A stretch of DNA of 64,000 bases, taken from the human T2T-CHM13v2.0 reference genome, Homo sapiens. A program made the translations under genes and the position numbers. Of this stretch, positions 19,991-37,707 are shown one piece after another (position 1 is the stretch's first letter; each line of letters starts with the position of its first letter). The stretch is taken from NCBI RefSeq assembly GCF_009914755.1, contig NC_060931.1; one strand, given 5' to 3'. Below the pieces are notes generated by a model. That model made no database searches, was not told the origin of the DNA, and saw nothing but the letters and a program-made list of their open reading frames with translations.

Positions 19991-21710
19991 TGAAGCCTTT
20001 TGGATAGTTCTTTCTCACTCGATCTCACTCTGTCTCATGTACCAACTTTTTTCTCCTGTAAATTTTTCATTCAACAAATAATTGTTGATCATCTACCACA
20101 AGGTGCTAGGTACTGTTCTAGGTACTTGAGTGACGTGAGTGAATAAAATAATATCCCTGCCCACATGGATCATATGTGCTACTGGTGGTTACAATTTTTT
20201 CGTTTGGTCTATATTTATCCCTAACCAAGGGTTCTCTTCCATTTGAAGTCTTGACATACTCCTTTCTTCCTGTATCTCCACTATGACTTCTAGTACTTAT
20301 TTGCAACTATAAAATACCCTAACAACTGATACAGATCTCCTGTCTAGTGTATCTCCTAAATTTATAGTCATCTTTTTAAGAGAGATGGTATTTATTGGGA
20401 GATGTGTTCTCCTCTGTCATATTTATGCCTTGTTTGGCTTGAAGTCAGAAAGACTAATTTTCATAAGCATCTTTCTAGCTTTAGCTAGCTTTAGCATCAC
20501 TAAGATTTCCTGACATTATCAATAAAAAAAAAATTACTGAGGCTATCTGTTAGGCTGATATTATGGTGATTTAAATTTTTATCTTTTGTACTTTTACTGT
20601 TTGAAAAATGAATAAAGGAAGAAAATTGATTTATTCTATCCATTTTCTAATTTTAAAAGCATTTAAATTAGGGTTATTACTACTTGTGTGTTTATTAAAT
20701 GTGCACCTAACATTTTGAACGTAATTGACAACTTTTCCTGGTTATTTGTGGAGTGATCCTAGTTTTTAAAGTAATGCATTTAAAAACTCAAAAATAAAAA
20801 ATGAAATAAAAATAACCTGATAATGGCTTAATGTCAGAATATATAAAGAACTCCTACAACTCAACAGTAAAAAAAACTTATTAAAAAATGGGCAAAGGTC
20901 TGAATAGATATTTCTCCAAAGAAGATATACAACTGGCCAATGAGCACATGAAAAGATGCTCACTATCATTAATCATTTAGGAAATGCAAATCAAAACTAT
21001 AAGGAGACACTACTTCATACCTATTAGGATGGCTGTTATTTTAAAAAACCCAGAAAATAACAAATGTTGGCAAGCATGTGGAGAAACTGGAACTCCTGCG
21101 CATTGCTGGTGGAAGTGTAAAATGGTGCCGCCTCTGTTGAAAATGGCATGGTGATTCCACGAAAAATTTAATGCAGAATTACCATATGATCCAGCAACTT
21201 CACTTCTGAGCATATGCCCAGTCACATGGAAAGCAGAGATATGAAGAGATATGTGTTCACCCAATTTTATAGCAGCATTATTCACACAGCCAAAAAGTAG
21301 AAGCAACCCAAATGTCCATCAACAGATGAATAGATAAACAAAATGTAGTCTATACATACAATGGAATATAATTCAGCCAGCCTTAAAAAGGAAGAAAGTC
21401 CTGACACATGCTACAAGATGATGAACTTTGAAGACATTATGCTAAATGAAAATATACCACAAAAAGACAAATACTGTATGATTCCAGCTATATGAGGTAC
21501 CTTGAGTATTCAAATTCCTAGAGAGAAAAAAATAGAATATTAGTTGCCCAGGGCTGCGGCAAGGGAGGGATGGGGAGTTAGTATTTAATGGGTACTGAAT
21601 TTCATTTGGGGACAATGAAAATGTTTTGGAGATAGATGGTAAGGATGGTTGCAGGAGAGTGTGAATGTACTTAATGCCACAGAAGTGTACACTTAAAAAT
21701 GGTTTAAATT

Positions 21711-21863
21711 GGCCGAGCGTGGTGGCTCACACCTGTGATGCCAGCTGTCAGGGAGGCAGAGGTGGGAGGATAGCTGGAGCCCAGAGTTCAAGACCTGCCT
21801 GGGCAATATAGCGAGACCCTGTTCTCCACAAAAAGGACAAAAAAAAAAAAAAAAAGACAAAAA
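21711..21863 (+). pseudogene. BC200 (BCYRN1) RNA retropseudogene lacking the unique 3' C-rich domain
   Basis: Monomeric Alu-like unit with BC200-diagnostic strings CAGCTGTCAGGGAGGC, GGATAGCT, GACCTGCCTGGGCAATATAGCGAGACC and GTTCTCCACAAAAAGG..(A)n..GACAAAAA, which are not found in ordinary FLAM/Alu. Confidence 0.85.
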
Positions 21864-22165
<302 letters not shown>

Positions 22166-23137
22166 TTAATTTTTAATTATGTATATTTTTACCACAATAA
22201 AAAGTATGAGAATGAGTACCTCAGCCTTGCTATAGGTACTATGCAGAGTTAATTTAAGAAACAAAGAAGCAAGAATATTTCAATGCTGGATAGTACCATT
22301 TTTCTTCTTAAATTAAATTTTAAAATGACTGCCTTGCTATGGAGTTGTCATGCTTGTGGCTGGAGATTGAAACCTTAAAATTATGGTAAAATTCAACTCC
22401 AAGTTCCTGCAGCCACATCAATTTTCTATCTAATTTTGGAAGTATTTAAATTAGTCTTATTATTATTTGTGTGCTTACTAAATGTGCAATTTAAAATGTA
22501 TATGGTTGTGCAATGTGGTGAACACTGCCATGGGAACTTCATTAATAGAATCACTGATGCTATACTATTATTAGTACTGAATTAATACATCTTTATCAGA
22601 CATTTCATTCAATAGCTCCTTTTTTCCTTTCTTTAATCCCTATACTTTACCTTCTTCATTCTTCAGTTGGATCATCCTATTACTAGTACTTTATGTTAAA
22701 TTCATGTTATTTCACTGAATCTTCACAGCAATCCAAGTATTATTGGAAAGTATTATTATTTCTGTTTTAATCGATGAGGAAACTCAGTCTCACAGAAGTT
22801 GCATAGCTTGCTTGATAACACACAGTAAGTCAGGGGTGAAGTAGAAATTTAATTTCAGGGCAGTATGTCTCAGGAGTCTTCTCAACTCCACCAGCACGAG
22901 ATGGCTTCTACTGGTGATCATTATCTTCCTGAAATCTCAATTCTCCCATGATGGGGGAAGAGAAGACACAAAATACACATCACTGAAGAACTGGCCTGAG
23001 CCACGGGAAGAAGAGAAATGGTGCACACACAGCTTCATGTGAATCTGGAATCTTTCTTAAAAATCTTCTTTCTCTGCCGGGCACGGTGGCTCATACCTGT
23101 AATCCTAGCATTTTGGGAGGCCGAGGTGGGTGGATTA

Positions 23138-23353
<216 letters not shown>

Positions 23354-23548
23354 TCAAAACAAATAAACAAATAAACAAAACTTCTTTCTCTATTTACCTA
23401 CTTTTTGCTTTTGTTTTCACTTGGGAATATTTTCTATTGTCCCTTGTTTCTGGGTTTGCATCATGTCCTGAACAGTACAGTAGTTTATTTCAATTAATGC
23501 TTTCTTGTTCGTTGTACAAACATAGCTTCACTTTGAGCCTTTGGATAG

Positions 23549-23890
<342 letters not shown>

Positions 23891-24500
23891 TAGGCTGGTC
23901 TCAAACTCCTGGCCTCAAGTGATCTACCCGCCTTGGCCTCTCAGAGTGCTGGAATTACAGGCGTGAGGCACCAAGCCTGGCCCAGATTCTTTCTGATCAT
24001 ATAAGTTGACTTTGCAACCAGCACTTTTACATTATTCTACTCCTACCTGATTTCCTGTTTTACGTCATGCTCCATGGTGGCACAAGCCCTTCTCAGGACC
24101 AAGGACCTGACATAGAAGGAAATAGGGAGTAACTTGCCTCCTTCAGATCCACATTGATAGTTCATGTAGCAGGAAAAGAGGGACCCAGCCTTCTTATCCT
24201 AGAGTTTTCAGGTACTCGCAAGAGAGATGCTGGCTTATGAAGAGTCTTCAAAGAGCCCACAATATAGTCTGGCAATGGGTAGTAGATAGCAGCTTGATCT
24301 TTTGTCATCCTTATTCATTCAGAAAACTTTTACTGGCTACCTATTGGGTACCTCTCTTCTATGTGGAGCTTCAGTCCAATGGGACAGAGTTATGAAAAAT
24401 AACAATATGTTATGGGATGGGCATTTAATCCAATCTGGGGGTAGGAATGGAGTGGGGGAAGGTAATGCTTGGGTTGGGTTGAGGCTTGATGGCCAAGTAA

Positions 24501-24932
<432 letters not shown>

Positions 24933-25098
24933 TAGCTTCACTTAAAAAAAAAAAAACAAACAAACAAAAAAACAAAAAAAAACATGAAAAGAGAGAGCTT
25001 GTGCAGGAAAAGTCCTCTTTTTATTTTTTGTTTTTTTGAGACAGTCTCACTCTGTCTCCTGGGCTGGAGTGCAGTGGTGCAATCTGGGCTCTCTATAA

Positions 25099-25230
<132 letters not shown>

Positions 25231-26426
25231 TGACCTCAGGTGATCCACTTGCCTTGGCCTCCCAAAGTGCTGGGATTACAGGCGTAAACCACTGTGCCTG
25301 GCCTGCGCTTTCTTGTTCTTTGTACAAACATAGCTTCACTTTGAGCCTTCTAATAGGATGGAAGGTGAATTGGAAATAGGTGAGACTGGAGGCAGAAGGG
25401 CCAGTTAGGAGGCTGTTGGGATGATCCGGCCTATGGAAGGAAGCTCTTACACAGGACCCATTTGCTGCATTGTGCTGTGGGTCCCTACTCTACCAGATAC
25501 TGCCAGTATCACAAGGTCAGTGAATCTGCAACTACAGCCTACAGCTGGCCACTGACTGGGGGTCAAAACATGGACCAGTCGTGTTTGGGTCCTCCACTGG
25601 GCCCATATGGAAAATTACAGAGCTTGAAACTCATCTAAATTTCTAAGTCTTGTCCAGAGGAGTTGTTGTAGCTCTGTAAATACCAAACCTTGAACTTTGT
25701 CACTTTTTCACTGGTCTATTTCCCTTCTCCCTATCCCATACACTTTGATGACTATGTAAAGTCTTATCATCTGTCCATTCAAATGCGACTTACTTCATAT
25801 AATTTCCCATAATTTTCATTTCCCTGAATCCAAATAAGAATTAGCTGTCCTTATTTTAAGATCTCAAAGAACTTTGTGCATAGGTTGAAACTCAATTCAC
25901 CAAGGGTAATGAGGAAAGTTACCAATAATGGATCAATTAGACTGGGGCACAATTATTTAATTGCTGAATGCTGCCATGTCTGCAGTACACTCTAACAACT
26001 TAGTTAAGCTAGTCCTGAGTAATTAATTATACCTCCATTTATACCTATTTGGCCTTAGAAATCATTTATTTTTATTTAACAAACACTCATGTAAGCACTA
26101 CATGTCAGACATATTTTAAGGACTTTACAAATAAGTTTCTTAACAACCCTATGATATAGGTACTGATATTGCCACCCTATTTAGACAGGAAAAAACCAAG
26201 GTACTCAGGAGGGTTTCATAGCTAATAAGTAACTGAAACACAATTTGAATTCAGGAAGCCTTGCTCTAAGTCCTGTGCACTTCATCACAATTGTATGTGG
26301 TCTCTCCCAGTAGGCAGTGGAAGCACCAAGCTCTGCAAATTATTTTTCTGAATTGTAACTGCAAGCCAGAGATGTGGTAGGAGCATGGAATATAAATATA
26401 AAAACACACAGCTGTTGCTTTCTAGG

Positions 26427-26883
26427 AGTATATCAGTTATTTCTTGGGCATAACAAATCACAAAACGGTGACTTAAAACAATAGCCATTTACTTGCTCAC
26501 AATTCTACAATCTGGTCTGGACTCACACATTTACAGTCAGTTGGTGGATCAACTAGTACTGAGGATCCAAAATAGCCTCACTAATGTTCAACATTTCAGC
26601 TAGGGTCTGGAATGGCTAAGGGTTGGCTAGGCCTCTCTCCTCATGGTCTTTCGTCCTCAAAAAGACAAGCTCGAGTTTCCTTACATGGGCAAAAGAGCAA
26701 AAAGGAAGTAACAAGGTCTCTTAAATCCTGGGCTTGGAAGTGCCCAACATCACTTCCTCTGCATTCTCCTGGTCCAAGCAAGTCAGAAGGCCAACCCAGA
26801 TTCAATGTGGCAGATGATTACACAATGGCTTCAATTCAGGGACCTGTGATTCACTGAGGGCCTTTTAATAACAATCTACCACA
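26427..26883 (-). mobile_element. MLT1 (old MaLR) LTR
   Basis: CATAACAAATCAC..GACTTAAAACAA ... CACTTCCTCTGCATTCT..CCAAGCAAGTC..CCCAGATTCAA ... CTACCACA. Confidence 0.75.
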
Positions 26884-27385
26884 AGAAGCTAACAGTTTTA
26901 GTGAGGAGACAATTGTCATAGCACATTGGGACGTAATAAAGATGGGAAAAAGTGCAATAGGTCTGCAGGCAAAGAAACACCCGAATTTGATGGGGCAGGG
27001 GATCAAGGACAGCATCATGAAGGCAGCATTAACACAGGCCCTGAGACTTGGAGAGCAGATCATGTTTGGAGGTTAACTTGGTGGGTGGTCACAGGTGAAT
27101 AAGGAAGGGAAGGAAGGGCAGTCCAGGAGGACAGAATAGCAGGTGCAAAGACATTGATACATGGCAAAAGAAAGCATGTTGTATTTGGGGATAACAAATA
27201 GTTCAGAATGATTAGAGTAAAGGGCTCTTGAGGAAGAGTGTGGAAGGCTGAAGAACGAGGCTGAACCATATCAGGAAGTGTCATGAGTGCCTTGCTAAGA
27301 AGATTTTAAATGATACTCTTAGTAATAACTCTTAGTAATAGAAGATCATTGAGAAATTTTGATCAGAACAACCACATCATGTGTT

Positions 27386-27419
<34 letters not shown>

Positions 27420-27723
27420 AGACAGAATCTCACTCTGTCACCCAGGCTGGAGTGCAGTGGTGCGGTCTCGGCTCACTGCTATCTCCGCCTCCCTGGTTGA
27501 CACCATTCTCCTGCCTCAGCCTCCTGAGTAGCTGGGACTACAGGTGCCCTCTACCATACCTGGCTAATTTTTTGTATTTTTAGTAGAGATGGGGTTTCAC
27601 CATGTTAGCCAGGATGGTCTCAATCTCCTGACCTCGTGATCTGCCCGCCTCGGCCTCCCAAAGTGCTGGGATTACAGGTGTGAGGCACTGCGCCTGGCCA
27701 TATTTTTTTTTCCTTTTTTTTGA

Positions 27724-27828
<105 letters not shown>

Positions 27829-28199
27829 TGAGTAGCTGGCATTATAGGCATGTGCCACCACGCCCAGCTAATTTTGTATTTTTAGTAGAGATGGGGTTTC
27901 TCCATGTTGGTCAGGCTGGTCTCGAACTCCTGACCTCAGGTGATCTGCCTGTCTTGGCCTCCCAAAGTGCTAGGATTACAGGCGTGAGCCACCGTGTCCG
28001 GTCATGTTTTTTTGTATTTAAAAATCACTTTCAGGCTGGGCACAGTGACTCATGCCTGTAATTTCAGTGTTTTGGGAAGCCGAGGTTAAGAGTTCGAGAC
28101 CAGCCTGGCTAACATGGCAAACCCCCGCCCCCCGCCATGTACTAAAAATACAAAAATTAGCCGGGTGTGGTGAAATGCCCCTGTAATCCCAGCTACTCA

Positions 28200-28307
<108 letters not shown>

Positions 28308-28981
28308 TTAATAAAATAAAATAAAAAATAAAAATCACCTTAGGAGTCCATGAAAGGAAGATCAGATGGAAATAAGAAAGACAAATGAGAAGGCTATTGC
28401 AAAATACCAAGTTTAAGAAGATGAGACTTGAACAATGGCATAGAAAGCAGAGAAGAGGAAAAGGGTTCCAGAAATATTTGTGAGGTAGAATGAACAGGAT
28501 TTGACAATTGAAGGAAGAATACAGAAAGAATCCCAGGTTTCCGATTTTGGCAACTGGGTGGGGATACAGGTGGCAGAGTTTTAGGGGAAAAGTGATCATT
28601 TACGTTTCAGACATGTTGGTTTTGAAACGCCTGTGTGGCAATCAATACAGATATGAAGTAGAGAGTTGGTTCTACAAATATGAAGCTCAAGAGAGAGGAC
28701 TGGACTAGAGATACAAACACAGAATTCATCAGCAAGCAGGTGGTAGTAAGAAACCATAAGATGTCCCACAGAAAGCATGTAGAATGAAAAGGACAGAAAC
28801 TAGAGATGACTATAGGGGAAGAGCTAGATTTAGTGGGTAGAAGAGGAAGAGAAGTCCACGTAAAACACTAAAAAAGAACTGGAAAGAGGAGGAAAACCAG
28901 TATCATTGGTGCCCCAGTAGCCACAGGATAATATAATTTTGTTTCTTTCTTTTTCTTTTCTTTTTCTTTTTTTTTTTTTGA

Positions 28982-29140
<159 letters not shown>

Positions 29141-29772
29141 TAGTAGAGACAAGGTTTCACCATGTTGGCCAGGCTGGTCTCGAACTCTTGACCTCAGGTG
29201 ATTCTCCCACCTCAGCGTCCCATAGTGCTAGGATTACCGGCGTGCGCCACTGCACCCGGCCTATAACTATCATAATTCAGAAAAGTGCCCATGGAATTTG
29301 ATGACTGATAACTGGTAAACATACCAAGCGCAGTTTTAGAGGGGCTTATGATGGCAATATCCCAATTGCTACGAATTGAAGAAGCCTGTGAGAGAATGCT
29401 TGTAAAGTGTAATGATAGGTGAAGAGGAGTTGCTGGAATTTAAAGAGTTACTTTATAGAAAGCAAAGTTATCTACTGAGAGGGAAGCGTGTGGGCTTAAA
29501 AAGTGCATGTGGAGAGGGAAAGGCTTGTAATAGCTGTGCTGAGAGAGAAATCTTTGAATGCCGCTTCCTGTCAAGTTCCTGCTCAGTATTCTTCTCAGTT
29601 TCATGATAAACTTCTTGAAAAATTCCTTTGCGTTTACTTTCTCTCTTCCCCACTTCACTCCTTAAAACCACTTTAATCGTAGTTTGGCATTTGTCTCTAT
29701 ATATCAATGACTTTTAGAAAAAATCACCAGTGATTTTTGTGTTTCAAACCTAATGTACATTGTGTCACTTGA

Positions 29773-30090
<318 letters not shown>

Positions 30091-30908
30091 TAAGCCACTG
30101 CGCCCTGCCAGTTCTGGATATTCTTAACATACTCTATGCTTTTGTCTAAATTATTTGATTCTGATTTCCAACAGTGAAATGGGAATGATGGAGAGTTAAT
30201 ACAATGAGATTGTAAGGCACATGGAGCGTCTCTGACATAAATAGTTATAATCATATCATTTTCCCAATAGAATGGTTTGCAGGGATTAAATGAGATAATG
30301 GCTATAAAATTTTTCTTAATACATAGCTGTAAATAGCAATGATTATTTACATTTTAGTTTGAAAATCAGCAAACTAAAATTTAACAGCTGAAGAAAGAGT
30401 TCAGCTACTTTGGGTGCTCAGGTAGAAAAATACTTGGTGATTATGAAACGATATGTCTGGAATCTGTTTCAAACTAATCGGGGGCGGGGGGTGGGGAGGG
30501 GAGGGTGTTGGGGTGGTAAGGGTGGGTTGGGGCTGCCGTGGTGGGAAATTGGCCACGTTATTGATGCTGAGTGTTTGCTATTCTAATTTTGTATCCGTTT
30601 GAAAATTTTATAATTAAAAATTATGATTTGTTTCGCTCTACGCAACTATGTTGACAGAATATATTTGGTAAACTGAAATGTCACGGAAACTTAGTTTGTA
30701 ACCGGTCAGTGGCTTTTTGAGGTGTAGACACTTCATACCTTACTTCACTCCCCACTGTAAGGAAGATTTAACTTGAAGCGGAGATAATGATTTGAATTTA
30801 CGGCTTTTATAATGTCATAAATGGGCGTCATTTTAATAACTACTCTCAGAATATCTTTTTCTATTCCACTTTACTTTTTCCTCTCCACTTAACCAACTCA
30901 TCATTAGA

Positions 30909-30930
30909 AACTACAAGTCCCAGGATGCAC
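30909..30930 (+). promoter_or_regulatory. ZNF143/THAP11 composite motif (ACTACAnnTCCCAnnATGCA, SBS2-type)
   Basis: AACTACAAGTCCCAGGATGCAC about 250 bp upstream of the ATG matches the well-known housekeeping promoter motif. Confidence 0.85.
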
Positions 30931-31177
30931 TACACGATGAACGTCGGATCGAGGACCTCGTGTCTCTGAAGTGGTTGCCCTCGCCTTATTTGAATGGGAA
31001 TAATCCCAATGAAAATTGATGTTTGTGACCCAGAGCAGATTCTGGAGCCTTTTGTACGCCTGGGACGGCCCAGCGTGGAGGGGACAGTGTGGTGCCTTTT
31101 TGTTCAGGCTTCGCTCAGGTCAGCCTCACCCTTTCCCGGGGCCTCCATGCGGCAGAAGGGCTCTGTTAGTGCGCCTC

Positions 31178-31189
31178 TAAGATGGCGAC
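31178..31189 (+). promoter_or_regulatory. YY1/TISU-like element overlapping the start codon
   Basis: TAAGATGGCGAC vs TISU SAASATGGCGGC and YY1 AANATGGCG. Confidence 0.65.
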
Positions 31190-31209
31190 GCCTTTGGCGG
31201 TAAATTCGG
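31182..31209 (+). CDS. NUP205: NUP205 coding exon 1 (MATPLAVNS, 28 nt CDS)
   Basis: ATG GCG ACG CCT TTG GCG GTA AAT TCG G|gtaagt; strong donor, CpG-rich context, joins exon 2 in frame (G|CT) to give the recognised NUP205 N-terminus. Confidence 0.97.
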
Positions 31210-32947
31210 GTAAGTGTGGCCAGACAGAAAGACGATTGAGCTGAGCGATAACCAGGTCTTCATGGAGAGACGAGACCGTGAGGTTTCTCGGAGTCTAGGA
31301 CCCCACTTATGTGCGGTGCCTGCTTTTCCCTAATTCTGGGCCTAGAGTCCCACCCCTCCCCAGTTTGAATGGCGCGCGTCGGTGCTGCGGCTCCAGCCCT
31401 CGAGTTGGGGTTTGAGATTCCAGGCAGTGAGGCTTGGGCCGCTGGACCCAGGTGTGTAATCTCTCACAGCCCAGGGCTGAGTCTGGTCCCCCTCACCCCC
31501 AAGTTTCACTGTGCGTCTGTGGTCCCGATTTCGCTGGAATACGCATCAGGTCTTCCACAGTGAAGCCAGAGGACCCGAGATATTTTCCAGCCATGAGCAG
31601 AGGCTGAAAGTAGGCGTCGGAGTTCCTTATAGGGTGGGAGATCTTGCAGGCAGCGAATACTCCCTATTATGAAGTCGGCCATCTGAAAGGTGGTCAGGAA
31701 GAGGGTGGCGGGGCTTCAGCAGACGTCTTCTAACCCTGCGGATGTGGTTAGGCCCTGGATGTTCTTGTACCTTTGGAGCTGTAGATTTTCGGGGTGGAAT
31801 TGAATCTAGAAGGTAGTAAAGGAACTCTGGAAGATTTGGGGTGGATCCTCTTTCGGTGATTCTCAATTCGGGCCGTACCGCCCTCCAGTGGTGTTTGAAT
31901 GAGTGAGTGCATTTTGATTGTCATATTTCCTGGGGTACACTGCTGTCGCATAGTAGGCGGGGCAAGGATGCAGAAAGTCCTTCATGGTCAGAGCAGTCCG
32001 GAAAAATAATTTGGTGCCTAGAATGTTAATGCCTCGATTGAGATGCTCTGAAGTTCGCGGGCAAGATTAAGAGTATATCTGTGTGGTAAATGCTTGTGAG
32101 AATCTCACTTAAAAGGACTCTTTTTTAAAGTATTGGTTCTATTTTCCACAGGACTGATATTCTTGAAAAGTTGTCTAAATCTGTTTTGTAAATCAAATCA
32201 TTTCAGAAAAGCTATGATAAATTATAATGAAGGCTATGTTTACTGAACACATACTATATCCCAGCATTGCACTTATTATCGTGCTTATCTCATTCAGTTC
32301 CCGTTTATACACCTTTGGAGTAGTTACTGTTACATACTCCGTTTTACAGATTTGGAAATAGAGGCTTCAAATAGTTACGTAATGTCCCCAGAGTTAAACA
32401 TCTAATGATCTAAGTCAGTCTTAGGTGCTTAAACTACTTAGTGCTACTGCTTAAGCACAACCTAATTCATTTTATGATATTAGACGTATATATTAGAAGG
32501 TTAGTAATGAAGTTACATGCTTAATATTGCGGTCCTTCCTTCCCAATTAGATATGCTTAACGTGTGGTTGTATATAATACATTTCTCTATTTTATTTTAT
32601 TTTTTAATTTTTCTTTTTGAGATGGAGTCTTGCTCTGTCTCCCAGGCGGGAGTGCAGTGATGCGATCCGCGATCCTGGCTCGCTGCAACCTCTGCCTCCC
32701 AGGTTGAAGCAATTCTCCTGCCTCAGCCTCCTGAGTAGCTGGGATTACAGGCATGTGCCACCACGCTGGGCTAATTTTTGTATTTTTAGTAGAGGTGGGG
32801 TTTCTCCATGTTGGCTAGGCTGATCTCGAACTGCTGTCCTCAAGCGATCTTTCTGCCTCGGCCTCCCAAAGTGGTAGGTTTACAGGTGTGAGCCAGTACG
32901 CAAGGTATACACATTTATTTTCCTTTTTTTTTTTTTTCTTTTTTTGA

Positions 32948-33572
<625 letters not shown>

Positions 33573-33774
33573 TAATTATTAAACAAATCATTGGAGGGAA
33601 AAGGAGTTGCCAACAGCAGCAAAGAGTGTACATTGTATAATAAAGCCTTGTGTCAGGAGTGTTTAATTGGCAACATAGGAAACATTTTTAAAAGCCAAGA
33701 GTCAGGAGCTGGTTTTTTAAAAAACTAAACGTCTTAGGGAAGGAACTCTTTTTCCATCAAGGAATGAATGTTGG

Positions 33775-34215
33775 GTTGAGTGGGTAAAGGAAATGTGTCA
33801 TATACATGCAATATGCATAATACATATACATGCATATACATAACATAACGTATACATGCATATATATAGTATCCTTATGCAGCCTTAAAAAGGAAGGAAA
33901 TCCTGTCACATAAAACAACGTGGATGAAACTTGAGGACATACTAAGTGAAATAAGCCAGTCACAAGACACAAATACTACATGATTCCACTTATATGAGGT
34001 ATCTGAAGTAGTCATACTCATAGAAACAGAAAGTAGAATGGTGGTTGCCAGGGGCTGGGAAAGGGGAAAGTGGGGAGTTGTTTAGGGGGCATAGAGTTTC
34101 TGTTTTGCAAGATGAAAAAAGCTGTGAAGATCTGTTGCACAATGTGAATACACTGAACACTGCTGAACTGTACACTTAAAATTTGTTGAGATTGCATTCT
34201 ATGTTATGTGCTTCC
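33775..34215 (+). mobile_element. L1MB-type 3' end in NUP205 intron 1
   Basis: CTAAGTGAAATAAGCCAGTCACAA...GAACTGTACACTTAAA. Confidence 0.85.
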
Positions 34216-34232
34216 TTTAAATTACAGTTTTA

Positions 34233-34639
<407 letters not shown>

Positions 34640-35080
34640 TTAACTAGTCTTGTGACCTGTATCAACCTGGCTGAGTACACTCACAGACTTGTGAATAAGC
34701 AACTATTAACACTGCTTGGCAGTCCTTCTGTGATAGTCTGGTCACCTCGTCCATTCACAGCAGTGACTACTTCAGACCTTTCTACACTCTTCAAATCTTT
34801 AACCTGCAACTAACTAAACCCTCAGACTTCTAGTCACAGAGAAAATAGGAGTCAACATACATGAACTCCCTTTATTCACTCTCAAACCTACAAACCTAGG
34901 TGTGTCTGCATTCTTTTGAATCACTTTTCCTCTGTCTTCCTATCTAATGTAAATCCCACCCATTGTGTTCTTCACCTGTTACCCCTTTTTTTGTCTTGTA
35001 TATTCACTTCTCTCTCTTGCTCTTCCCTTTCTCTCCACTGATGATCTCATGCGTCACTCCACTTACTGTCCTCTTCCTAG

Positions 35081-35275
<195 letters not shown>

Positions 35276-35757
35276 TAGTAGCTGGGATTACAGGCCTGAA
35301 CTGCTATGCCCAGCCTACTGACTCCCTTTTCATACCTCCTATTCCTTCACCCATTCTGGTCTCTTCCATCCTTGTAAACAGCTCTCAATAGGGTTAACTT
35401 CTGTTTCTTGTAGTTCAGAAAGTTCCTTTTTAAAAAATTATTTTTTATTTTGAGACAGGGGCTCATTCTGTCGCCCAGACTGGAGTGCGGTGGTGTGATC
35501 TCAGCTCACTACAACCTCTGCCTCCCAGGTTCAAGAGATTCTCCTGCCTTAGCCTCCCTAAGTAGCTGGGATTACAGGCGCCCACCACCACACCTGGCTA
35601 ATTTTTGTAATTTTAGTAGAGATGGGGTTTCACCACGTTGGCCAGGGGTGCCTCGAATTTCTGACCTCAAACGATTCACCTGCCTCGGCCTCCCAAAGTG
35701 CTGGGGTTATAGGCATGAGCAGAAAGTCCCCATGTTTTAAATCTTCATTTGGCTTGA

Positions 35758-36106
<349 letters not shown>

Positions 36107-36398
36107 TGAGCCCTGTGTGATGATCTTGCCAAACCCGTTTTCTGTACTGCAGCTCTCTTGGCCTTTTGAGTTCTTTGACATGCCGCATTCCCTCTTGCCA
36201 TGGAAACCCACAGGTTGTCCTCTCCCTGGAATGCATGTCTTTACCTCCCACCTGTCAGTTAACTATCACTTTTGTTCTTCAGATTTCAGCCTAGTTATCA
36301 CTTCCTCATGGATAATTCTTTCCTCTGGCTAGGTCAGAGTCCCGTATTATGTGATCTCTTGCCCTGGCTACCTCTCCTTCATATCCTTCATATCCTGA

Positions 36399-36645
<247 letters not shown>

Positions 36646-37452
36646 TGATCTCCTGACCTCGTGATGTGGCCCGCCTTGGCCTCTCAAAGTGGTGGGATTA
36701 CAGGCGTGAGCCACTGTGCCCGGCCAGATTTTACATTTATGTATGATTATGATTAATGTTTTTCCTCACTGCAGTGTAATCTTACCAATACCTCACACAT
36801 GGTGAATGAGTGAGTAAATGTGATTTGCTGGAGGTATCCCTAAACATTAAGGAAAATAAATGTATTTCTCAACTGACTAAACTACATGGTAAAAATACAT
36901 ATTTAGTAATTTTGAAAAATTTATAGTGTCCCTTCATTTGTAATCAGTAAAAAAGATATTTACTGTAATCCTAGCACTTTAGGAGGCTGAGGAGGGAGGA
37001 TCACTTGAGGCCAGGAGTTCAAGGCAAGCCTGGGCAACATAGCAACACCCCAGTTCTACAAAAAATACAAAAATTAGCCAGGTCTGGTGGTGCGCGTGCG
37101 CCTGTAATCCTAGCTACTAGAGAAGCTGAGGCAGGAGGTTGCTTGAGCCCAGGAGTTTGAGGCTGTAATGAGCTGTGATTGCCTCACTGCACTCCAGCCT
37201 GGGTGACAGCAAGACCCTGTCACAAAAAACAAACAAAAAAAAGGTGTTTACTGAAATTGGTCAAACTCAAGACAGATTGAAGATAACTCTTTGTTGCGGC
37301 TACCTTTGGTGTTTTTTTTTTCTTTTTCTTCTTTGAGACGAGGTTTCACTCTGTTGCCCACGCTGGAGTGCAGTGGCTCAGTCATGGCATACTACAGCCT
37401 CTACCCTCTGAGACTCAGGTGATCCTCCCACTTCAGCCTCATGAGTAGCTGA

Positions 37453-37707
<255 letters not shown>

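Larger units (their letters stand above)
30935..31560. promoter_or_regulatory. NUP205: CpG-rich promoter/first-exon region of NUP205
   Basis: Local rise in GC and non-Alu CpGs around exon 1; no obvious TATA box; bounds approximate. Confidence 0.8.
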
